From assembly GCA_002269645.1 (NCBI GenBank), contig NIVC01001937.1, positions 62,001-126,000 of the forward strand: DNA of 64,000 nt, read 5' to 3'. The notes beneath the pieces were generated by a model. The model was not told the origin of the DNA, did no database searches, and worked only from the letters and a program-made list of their open reading frames with translations. Below are positions 23,326-34,118 of this stretch, piece after piece (position 1 is the first letter of the stretch; each line of letters starts with the position of its first letter). The translations under genes were made by a program, and so were the position numbers. The DNA is from Macrostomum lignano. Taxonomy: Eukaryota.

Positions 23326-26300
23326 ATGCAACAGACAGCACTGCTGAGCCTGAATGTTTGCATCATCTGCTGCTTGGCCTCTGGCGCCTCAGGTGAGCGC
23401 AAGCTCGTTCGCACCGGCCTGGACTCCCTGCTGAGCCCGCCACGGCCGCTTGGACAGGTGGCTGCGGCCGAATCCGTTCGGTACCAACGTGAGTTTGTTG
23501 CTTTTTTATTTGATTCTGATAGCGTAAGCTTCTTGAGTAGACATATATGCAAAGTTACGAGTTCTATACTGCACTGGATGTTCAGCAGACGCTCAGTCTA
23601 CAGGCATCAGTTGTTCATAGGGTGCAGGTAATTCAAAATGGTATCAAGTTCGAATAGTGTTCGAATAAGGGGTTTTGAAGCCTCGTGGTTAGAGCGTCGG
23701 ACTCGCAACTTGAAGGTCAGGGGTTCGATTCCCGATCCCACTCGGAACAATTTGTGTCCTTGAGCAAGACACTTAACTCTGCATTGCTTCAGTTCACCCA
23801 GCTGTAAAATGGGTGCCAGCATTAGCTGGGGTATAAACTGAGGGTGCGCGACCCCCAGTCCTTGGACTGAACAGCCGTGCGCAGCTTTCAGATGCGCCCC
23901 GCAATAGCTGCGGCTGAGCTGTCGGTTGCACATCTGCCCAATTACGAGTATTATTATTGTTTCATAAGTAAACTGATTCATGCCTGACGCCTCCAACTGG
24001 CCACTGTCTCACACTTCATGAAGCGGCCAGCTTTCCCCAGTCAGTTCGCGTGCTCAACATGACGGTACTGTGCGACGAGATGAGTCCGGCAGATCGCAGC
24101 GAGTTCTTCGCCCAGCCCACCTGGAGATGCAACAACATCCGGTGAGTGACTGATTATTGCCAAATCTGGCTTGAAACCGAGGCCTGAGACTCATTCACAT
24201 GTAGCTAGCATCAGAAAAGTCAGGGATCTGGAGAGAGTCAGAATCAGAGTAACAGTCAGAGAGTCAAAGAGTCAGGGAGTCATGGAGTCAGGGGAGATTC
24301 AGGGAGTCAGCGGTGAGTCAGGGAGTCAGTGGGAGAGTCAGGGAGTCAGGGGAGATTCAGGGAGTCAGCGGAGAGTCAGGGAGTCAGTGGGAGAGTCAAG
24401 GAGTCAGGGGAGTCAGGGAGTCAGGGGAGAGTCAGGGAGTCAAGGGAGTCAGGGAGTCAGCGAAGAGTCAGGGAGTCAGGGAGTCAGGGAGTCAGTGAGA
24501 GAGTCAGGGAGTCAGGGGAGTCAGGGAGTCAGGTAGTCAGGGGAGAGTCAGGGAGTCAAGGAGTCAGGGGGAGAGTCAGGGAATCAGGGGGAGAGTCAGA
24601 GAGTCAGGGAATCAGGGGGAGAGTCAGAGAGTCAGGGAGTCAGGAGAAGTAGAGGATAAGAGTCTCCAGCCATAAACGCATGAGTCGGGAACATCAGAAA
24701 GCATAAGGCCTGCCACTAGAGAAATACCGGCATGTACTATTAACTGGTCAAACCGAAACCAGTCTCCATGGAAACGGCATCACGCTGACCCCCGCCCCGG
24801 TAGAGTGGGCCAGCATCGCCTGCCGTTCTACGAGTCCACGCCTGGAGCGCTAAACGAGCAGGCGATGAGCTCTCACCTGGGCCTGCCGAGCCGGTACGCC
24901 GGGCCCGAGTATTGCGGTCAGCTGGCCGACCGGAAGTCCAACCTGCCGTTGCTATGCGGTTTCATGATCCGGCGGCTGCTTCGGGCCTCGGCCGCCGGGG
25001 GCCAGCAGCGATCGAAGAGGCGGCACCAGTGGCGGAGGTTTCAGTTCGCCCACGCGGTCAAGGTCAGACTGTGCACACTGCTGGGGATTACTCAGACTGT
25101 GCACACTGCTGGGGATTACTCAGACTGTGCACACTGCTGGGGATTACTCAGACTGTGCACACTGCTGGGGATTACTCAGACTGTGCACACTGCTGGGGAT
25201 TACTCAGATTGTGACACAACATGACAACCAAATGACAGGAATGACACTACAACCATGACAACCAAATGATGGGAATGACACTACAACCATAACAACCAAA
25301 TGACGGGAATGACACTACAACCATAACAACCAAATGACGGGAATGACACTACAACCATAACAACCAAATGACGGGAATGACACTACAACCATAGCAACCA
25401 AATGACAGGAATGACACTACAACCATAACAACCAAATGACGGGAATGACACTACAACCATAACAACCAAATGACGGGAATGACACTACAACCATAACAAC
25501 CAAATGACAGGAATGACACTACAACCATAACAACCAAATGACGGGAATGACACTACAACCATAACAACCAAATGACGGGAATGACACTACAACCATAACA
25601 ACCAAATGACGGGAATGACACTACAACCATAACAACCAAATGACGGGAATGACACTACAACCATAGCAACCAAATGACGGGAATGACACTACAACCATAA
25701 CAACCAAATGACGGGAATGACACTACAACCATAACAACCAAATGACAGGAATGACACTACAACCATAACAACCAAATGATGGGAATGACACTACAACCAT
25801 AACAACCAAATGACGGGAATGACACTACAACCATAACAACCAAATGACGGGAATGACACTACAACCATAACAACCAAATGACGGGAATGACACTACAACC
25901 ATAACAACCAAATGACGGGAATGACACTACAACCATAACAACCAAATGACGGGAATGACACTACAACCATAACAACCAAATGACAGGAATGACACTACAA
26001 CCATAACAACCAAATGACGGGAATGACACTACAACCATAACAACCAAATGACGGGAATGACACTACAACCATAACAACCAAATGACGGGAATGACACTAC
26101 AACCATAGCAACCAAATGACAGGAATGACACTACAACCATAACAACCAAATGACAGGAATGACACTGAGAGGTCATACCTATGCATGACCTATACGAAAT
26201 GACATGAAGATGACACCACAGTACAGGAACAGCGAAACCGACGATACAAAAAGATGAAGATTAAGCAGTGTAGCAATATGGCACTCAAATATGGTTGGCC

Positions 26301-27345
26301 CCACATGATAGAAATGTAAACAGCGCTCTAAATGACCTCAAAAGAAGTTTTTGAGGGATTGAAGCAAAATAAGGAAAAACTCGTGACTTTGTCCAATATT
26401 CACGAGTTATAGAAGCCGGAAAAGTACAGTTGCGTGAATGAGCCAATTCTTCTTTTAGGTACAAGAAAACTATTTACAACTCTCTACGTAACGGTGACTC
26501 TGCTTTTTCCAGTTTTATTCGGAACTATAGTTTTAGTTTAACTTCACGAACTTCCTAACCAACACCCTCGTATCAAGCGCACTTTTTGATAAGCTTATCA
26601 CGGCAGTACGTTCATTTTTAATGACGCAAAAAATCCAAGTTTAAGTGCTACCGTTCCAATTTCAAGGACATTCATCCCAAGTTCATATCTAAATAAAGTT
26701 TGAAAATCAGTTTTTAAAGATCCTTTAACACGCAAAGCTTGTTTTTTGTTTTCTGATAGCAAAGATTCTACATGTAGTTTTTTGTACGACAATAAATAGG
26801 GCTTCATCATCGACACAAATTCGGTTAAGAGAAACTCTCTTCTAGAAAATTCCGTTTTACTAAAACTGCATTAAAACGAGACGGGAAAACACCTGAGATT
26901 TAGCTGCAACTTTGCCGCGAGAAAATTTGTGATTAATAAATGCATCAACCGCGAAATTAAGGACCAATTTAGGGCTCGATTTTGCATCATTTTTTCCGCG
27001 CACTATTTGCAATCGTACAGAGTACTTTTGCTGCTCATTTTTGTGGTCCTTGGTTTTCTTATCTCGATTCTAACTTTTCTAGCTAACTTTTTCGCGCGTG
27101 TTCACAGTCCATTCGCTGACCGCTCGCACAGGGTGTGTGCAGCAGTGTTAACATCGTAATTCTCTGTCCGAATTCCAATGCAGGTTCCGCATGGCAACTG
27201 TTCCTATCCGGAGGCCAGGCGGGTCAGCCTGACAGGCGTTGGTCCAACGGACGCGGCCTGGCTGGTGGAGAAGCACCGCAGTCCGGGATTCGTGACCGAC
27301 CTGCTCTGCCTGTTTGATGCAGAAGAGGCTTTAGACAGCAAGTAG
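23326..27345 (+). CDS. Orphan secreted protein, 226 aa; exons 23326-23488, 24045-24141, 24804-25062, 27184-27345
   Basis: Signal-peptide-like N-terminus (MQQTALLSLNVCIICCLASGASG). Four GC-rich exons with GT-AG sites in phases 1/2/0 join into one open frame of 681 nt ending in TAG. No family recognised. Confidence 0.7.
23669..23958 (+). mobile_element. tRNA-derived SINE with CORE (MIR-like) domain, copy 1
   Basis: A-box-like GCCTCGTGGTTAGAGCG, B box GGTTCGATTCC (23722), CORE-like TGTGTCCTTGAGCAAGACACTTAAC...CAGCTGTAAAATGGG, and a (TAT)n tail. Confidence 0.85.
24230..24650. repeat. Degenerate 9-10-bp (gggagtcag) repeat in intron 2 of the secreted-protein gene
   Basis: Tandem GAGTCA-containing units. 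Confidence 0.9.
25065..25210. repeat. 28-bp minisatellite (cagactgtgcacactgctggggattact), 5 copies
   Basis: Begins at +3 of the intron 3 donor. Confidence 0.95.
25215..26165. repeat. 34-bp minisatellite (accaaatgacgggaatgacactacaaccataaca), ~28 copies
   Basis: Highly homogeneous tandem array. Confidence 0.97.
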
Positions 27346-27586
27346 CATCTGAACGGAACTGCGCCTCCCTGCTGACATTGTGCAAATTTACAGACCTCGA
27401 GTATTCGCCGAGATTTGCGCTCAGGGAATTTTCACACAATGCTAGAAAATCTTAATGAATTGACTTCCCTATTTGTAACGATCCGTTGGTTAGCAAATGC
27501 ATGGCAAGTTTTACTTCCCTCAGGGTCAGTTAGGGTCAGTTAACTCATTAAGATTCTTATAAGATTGTAGCTCGTATTATATATGA

Positions 27587-27870
27587 GGGGTTGTAGCCTA
27601 GTGGTTGGAGTATCGAACTCGCAACTTGAAGGTCAGGGTTTCGATTCCCGATCCCACTGGAACAATTTGTGTCCTTGAGCAACAACACACTTAACTCTGC
27701 ATTGCTTCAGTTCACCCAGCTGTAAAATGGGTGCCAGCATTAGCTGGGGTAATTGAGGCTGTGTGTGGCGACCCCCCAGTCCTTGGACTGAACAGCCGTA
27801 CGCAGCCTTCAGATGCGCTGCGCAAATAGCTGCGGCTGAGCTGTCGGTTGCACATCCGTCCCAATTGGGG
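27587..27870 (+). mobile_element. tRNA-derived CORE-type SINE, copy 2
   Basis: Collinear with 23669-23958 over ~280 bp; B box mutated (GTTTCGATTCC). Confidence 0.85.
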
Positions 27871-29364
27871 CAGGTGTAAATTATTGTTAATATTGTTATT
27901 ATTCTATTACAAGCATTGCTAGCAAATACCCATGCAGACAAATCTCTGCGGAAAGTTTCAATGGACCCCATGCTATATTTCTATCCACCATTTTTTTCTG
28001 CTTCTTTCGAATATATCAGCAAAATTCAATTAAGAGTGCCCATATTCATTACTCATATTGCCTGTTATGGAGATTGAGAAGGCTCTGCATGGCGAATTCT
28101 GGTGACACGCAGAGTGGCCGAGGAGGCGACAGCGGAAGTAAAAGTGCAAGTTGGACTAAATGCGTGCCCGAATACCAATTAACCGTTTGCCCAGTGTACA
28201 GGTATTTTTGTAAACAAACATTGATGTTGAAGTAACCCACTCCTGCAGCTCTTCTGTTGAATGTCACTTAAGCTAAACATTCTCAAGACGTAGTGGGCAG
28301 ATCAGAAACTCTGTATTGTCCCTCCCCAGATTAAAGTAAACATTTATTACTCTCTCACCTTCTTGTTGTGAAATCCAGTCTATGACTCAACTCTCTACTC
28401 ATCAGCGAATCGAAAACAGACTTGACCATAGACATTCTCTGCTCAATTCCAACACCCCGAGAATTTCTGCACTGTTGAAGTTGAGGTGTAAAATATATGC
28501 AACATTTCTTTTTCCGACTATAAATTCTTTAATAATGTTATATTCTTCTTACAGTGTTTGATTTAATATTAACCTGCTAGACTGAACAAAGCAATATGAA
28601 TATGTATAGTGCTTTTTTTCTATTCTTTGCATGTCTTTGACCCAGGAACTAGCTTACTTAAAGTACATGTTTACAATTATTGTCCGATTTCCAAACTAGC
28701 ACTCGAATCCTATGTCGTAAATGTCGTAAATACAAAAAAGAAGAGACAAAACAGACGGAAATTACATATGCACCAAAGCACCAAGTACAGCAGGCAATAT
28801 CTGTGTAAGGAAGAAATGCAGTCACGTGATTTTCGTTACAGAAGGAATTTTCTCTATCTCACTAATGTATTTAAAATAAGTATTTAATTTTCTTTACTAA
28901 ACAAAGCATCCAATTATCCTACTTTTAACGGTTCCACAGCAACAGGTGATTAGCGGATCCCAGCTGCAGCAGATCGCTTATAGTGCAAACTGGGCAAACA
29001 GACACCTGATAAAAGTCGCCACATTAGTTTTAGGCAAATTTAGCGGGCCAACTTTCTCGTGAAAGCTGCAACCGCTGTCACAGTGAGTCGTTTCTGCAGA
29101 GGAAACAATGAAATGGAGAGAGAAACTGATGAGAAAAAGCTTCCTCTAATGAAAGAGTGACACTGCCAATAATGCGCGACTCCGCAATTAGACTAAATTG
29201 CACCAGAACGGCACTCCGGCAGGGCAATCGTTCTTTTATTTTAGTACACCAATTAATTTTGATAGACTATGATTATTATAATTTGACATACGAGCTCGTA
29301 ATGTGACACCTGGCTATACGAGGCTCGTAGCATATGCACTGAGTTGTTTGAAACTGCAATGCTC

Positions 29365-30375
29365 TCAGGGGTTGGCCCTCAGGTGTTGGGCCTCAGGGGT
29401 TGGCCCTCAGGGGTTTGGCCTCAGGGGTTGGCCCTCAGGTGTTGGCCCTCAGGGGTTTGGCCTTCAGGTGTTGGCCCTCAGGTGTTGGCCCTCAGGTGTT
29501 AGCCCTCAGGGGTTTGGCCCTCAGGGGTTTGGCCCTCAGGGGTTGGCCCTCAGAGGTTTGACCCTCAGGGGTTGGCCCTCAGGGGTTTGGCCCTCAGGGG
29601 TTTGGCCCTCAGGGGTTGGCCCTCAGGGGTTGGCCCTCAGAGGTTTGACCCTCAGGGGTTGGCCCTCAGGTGTTTGGCCCTCAGATGCTGGCCTTCAGGT
29701 GTTGGCTCTCAGGGATTGGCCCTCAGGTGTTTGGCCCTCAGGTGTTGGCCCTCAGGTATTAGCCCTCAGGGGTTTGGCCCTCAGGGGTTTGGCCCTCAGG
29801 GGTTGGCCCTCAGAGGTTTGACCCTCAGGGGTTGGCCCTCAGGGGTTTGGCCCTCAGGGGTTTGGCCCTCAGGGGTTGGCCCTCAGGGGTTGGCCCTCAG
29901 AGGTTTGACCCTCAGGGGTTGGCCCTCAGGTGTTTGGCCCTCAGATGTTGGCCTTCAGGTGTTGGCTCTCAGGGATTGGCCCTCAGGTGTTTGGCCCTCA
30001 GAGGTTGGCCTGAAGTGTTGGCTCTCAGGGGTTGGCCCTCAGGTGTTTGGCCCTCAGAGGTTGGCCTGAAGTGTTGGCTCTCAGGGGTTGGCCCTCAGGT
30101 GTTTGGCCCTCAGAGGTTGGCCTGAAGTGTTGGCTCTCAGGGGTTGGCCCTCAGGTGTTTGGCCCTCAGAGGTTGGCCTGAAGTGTTGGCTCTCAGGGGT
30201 TGGCCCTCAGGTGTTTGGCCCTCAGAGGTTGGCCTGAAGTGTTGGCTCTCAGGGGTTGGCCCTCAGGTGTTTGGCCCTCAGAGGTTGGCCTGAAGTGTTG
30301 GCTCTCAGGGGTTGGCCCTCAGGTGTTTGGCCCTCAGAGGTTGGCCTGAAGTGTTGGCTCTCAGGGGTTTGGCCC
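29365..30375. repeat. 14-15-bp G-rich minisatellite (ggggttggccctca) with higher-order units
   Basis: Tandem array; a 56-bp higher-order unit repeats from ~30000 to 30370. Confidence 0.96.
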
Positions 30376-31026
30376 TTATATGCGTGAATTGCACGACAAA
30401 CCTCCGGCCAATTTTCCTGCAAAAATTATTGCGACGCACAGAATCCAACCGCGGGTCAGGGCGCGAGAGTCAGACAGACACGTCTACCGCGGCTGAGTAG
30501 CTCTGCCCGCTATTCGTTTTTCTATTTAAAAACATCCAGACCTTCGCTATTGTTACCTTCGATTCCTCATATCCTGAGGGAGGATAATTGAAAATTAATG
30601 ACATTTTCATAGTATTGGCGTTATTTTATGCTATGATTCCAGTTTCACTTACTCTTCTATCATGCTTTAAACTATAAAGCTTTATAAATAAAAGCACACT
30701 GAATGCGAAAAATGTCTGATTAAAAAAACTTTCACTATTGACGCCGAATTAGTTGATACAATAACATTAATATATTCAAATACTAAATCAAAACACAGGT
30801 ATGTCATATTAAAAGTGATTGACACAATTAAAACAAAAAAGTTTATCAGGATTGCAATTGGCCATTATAGTTTAGGAAATGTACAAAATTTACTGCAGAT
30901 GCGGTGGCACAGGAATGTTGGACAGGAATGTTGGACGTAAAGAAAGCAAAAGTACGGCAGAAATGTGCGATAAAACAATCTCGCACTCTATAGCACAATT
31001 ATTCGTATTAAAGACACTGGGTGCAG

Positions 31027-32390
31027 TCAGAGAAGTCGCAGGCAGCTGCCAGCGAGCAGCCACAGCGTCAGGGACGTCAGCAGCTGCAGCGTCGTGAAGC
31101 CACCGCCGCCACCAGACGGAGACCCGGCATTGCAGGCGTCGGAGCTGCAGGTGTACACGCAGGCCCGGTAGATGCGGTCGTGGTCGGGGAACGGCAGGTA
31201 CTGGCATTGGTTGCCCATGTCCATGCTGGAGCAGAATCTGGTGGTCCCCACCACGGCTGGAATGAGACCCAAAATATCCATGCTATTCTTCTCGATCCAC
31301 ACTAGCTACTAACAGTAACCACCACACTAGCTACTAACAGTAGCCACCACACTAGCTACTAACAGTAGCCACCACACTAGCTACTAACAGTAGCCACCAC
31401 ACTAGTACTAACAGTAACCACCACACTAGCTACTAACAGTAGCCACCACACTAGCTACTAACAGTAGCCACCACACTAGCTACTAACAGTAGCCACCACA
31501 CTAGCTACTAACAGTAACCACCAGCTAGTGTAACCACCACACTAGCTACTAACAGTAACCACCAGCTAGTGTAACCACCACACTAGCTACTAACAGTAGC
31601 CACCACACTAGCTACTAACAGTAGCCACCACACTACCTACTAACAGTAGCCACCACACTAGCTACTAACAGTAGCCACCACACTAGCTACTAACAGTAGC
31701 CACCACACTAGCTACTAACAGTAGCCACCACACTAGCTACTAACAGTAACCACCAGCTAGTGTAACCACCACACTAGCTACTAACAGTAGCCACCCACCA
31801 CACCACATTAGCTACTAACAGTAGCCACCACACCACACTAGCTACTAACAGTAGCCACCACACTAGATACTAACAGTAGACACCACACTACCTACTAACA
31901 GTAGCCACCACACTAGCTACTAACAGTAGCCACCACACCACATTAGCTACTAACAGTAGCCACCACACTAGATACTAACAGTAGACACCACACTACCTAC
32001 TAACAGTAGCCACCACACTAGCTACTAACAGTAGCCACCACACCACATTAGCTACTAACAGTAGCCACCGCACTAGATACTAACAATAGACACCACACTA
32101 GCTACTAACAGTAGCCACCACACCACACTACCTACTAACAGTAGCGCAAACAATCAAAGTTCAACTGCACTGAAACGCTTACCACCCCAAACTCCTGTTG
32201 TCTTTATGCAGAACTTGCCATCTGCAACATCACAATTCATGGGTACAATTGATCTGCTGTTGTAGTTGAACTCTTCAAGACAGTCAGACTGGATTGTGGA
32301 GTTGCACAGGTAGCACTTGATGGCTAAGCATGGGCTTAGGATTGAGGACAATATGAAGCATGTGATAGCAGCCTGCAGTAATGGACTCAT
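31027..32390 (-). CDS. Ly6/uPAR three-finger, predicted GPI-anchored protein (crooked-like), copy 1, 145 aa; exons 32390-32183, 31256-31027
   Basis: Signal peptide, then IKCYLCNS..DC...C...FCIKTTGVWG|AVVGTTRFCSS.DMGNQC...YRACVYTCSSDACN, then a hydrophobic C-terminal tail. Phase-1 GT-AG intron. Confidence 0.92.
31303..32145. repeat. 25-bp minisatellite (ccaccacactagctactaacagtag) in the Ly6 copy 1 intron
   Basis: Tandem array; same unit as 39293-40505. Confidence 0.97.
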
Positions 32391-32494
32391 TTTGACACTC
32401 ATAAATTGGTTCAGGAAATTTTTATACTTCATCTCTAGCTAGATTTTGAAAGAATAAATGCATAGAAAAATTTTTGGAAAACATTGCTTGCTTC

Positions 32495-32676
32495 CAGTAG
32501 CGCAACCAGAAATTTGTTGAGGGGGGAGGGCGGATACTGGAGGGTAAGGACCCAATGAGGGGGTGGAGGGGTTGCAGCTCTGTACCTTGGCAAAAATTAC
32601 CTGGTCCCTCGTTTTATTTTTTCTGTCTCTGTCTCTCCCTAAGGGTGGCCTAAGGAGCCCCCTGGTTGCACCACTG
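32495..32676. mobile_element. 182-bp MITE with 15-bp TIRs and 8-bp TSD (hAT-like)
   Basis: TIRs CAGTAGCGCAACCAG / CTGGTTGCACCACTG (13/15 match). Flanks cttgcttc / attgcttc (7/8 match). Confidence 0.8.
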
Positions 32677-34118
32677 ATTGCTTCAAATAGTCTCATATAA
32701 AAGATTAGCAGCTAATATAATTTCACCTTATTGATCTATAGAGTTGGTACAATTATTACAAAAAAATAATACATAGGACTAATGAAATTGATTGATATTA
32801 TCTATAAAGTAACTTAACAATAACACTAGAAAGCATGCAACAATACAAAATATCAGAAATTAGATCATTTATACATTCATATTGGAAATGGAAATAAACT
32901 TCCTATTCATAAATACTAATTTTTAATTCATAGTAAATTATTTTCTATGCTTCTACATAGTAAGCTATAGGCTTAGGCTTAGCTTAGAATAAAAATCATA
33001 ATTTGATTTTAAATGAAGTAACGAAATTATTTAAATCTTATAAATAATAACCCATACTAAAAATGGTAATAGATTTAAACCATTGTCTTTGTTAGTTAAA
33101 TTTCTGCAATATGTTTCAACTTGACTTGAGTTGCAGTATTAATTATTATATTACTCTGTGTGACAAAATATTAAAGGAGCATTAAATAAATCACAGAGAG
33201 CACTGCAGCATTTTGATTGTTGAAAAAAATATCGCCTGAAGGTTTATATTTTAGTTATAATGTTATTAATTACAAGGAAAGTATATCATTTCTTGGGTTG
33301 TGAAAAGAACACTGAGTGAATGTAAATTTGTACACAATTGAAGCTTTTGGACTATATCTATCTATCATAGCATAAATATTGTTGACTAGGTATGGAATTC
33401 AAGCGAAACAAACAATAAAAGCCTGTATTTTATTTTTATTCAGTTCTATTGAGCAAGCAGGAAGGAAGCATTTACCTATGATCGTTACAAATTTTTCATG
33501 CGTAAAAAACTAAATTGGCGCCATGGAAAGCAGAGTCCGTAGATATCGTTGACACCGGAAAATAATTTTATTTACTTTACCATTCTTACTGATGACTTTG
33601 ACTGGCGACGAGAGGCGTGGCCAAGGCTTGGGGTTTGGCAAAAATCGAAAATAAAAATTTATTAGCAAGGATATGCTTGCTAATGTGATTCAGCAAGTAA
33701 CAATATATTAGCATCGTCGTGATATGGTACACGATGTGGTTTAGTATATTCATTAACGTTTCTTGCGTACGTTGATACAGTTTTATGGAAAGATATTTCG
33801 TCAGTCTAGGTGATGGATCATGAATTTATTGACCGGTTTACTGGTACGCTGCAAAATGAAAGTAATAATCACACTTTGTAAAATACTTTTACTGTGTTTT
33901 TTAAACACCTGACAATTCAACCATGCATACATGCACATGTACAGGTACATGCATGCATCTGGGCCCATTCCTGAGACTCGAAGTATTCAAACGAGTAGTG
34001 TACTGAAAAACATGAGACACGAAAGTTACGCTTTAGAGCACTACATCCGTTTTATAGACCTTATTTAAACTTTGCCAGCTTTACCAGTTTTAATGCTACC
34101 TTCAGACGCGGCACTTAA

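Noticed and set aside
23669-23745. tRNA gene
   Set aside because: A and B boxes are present, but I could not fold a full cloverleaf, and the sequence continues into a body shared with a second copy, so it is a SINE head.
26360-28490. AT-rich ORF 26598-26816 and an exon-like segment near 28340-28470 on the minus strand
   Set aside because: Could not be joined into an open spliced frame, and no family was recognised.
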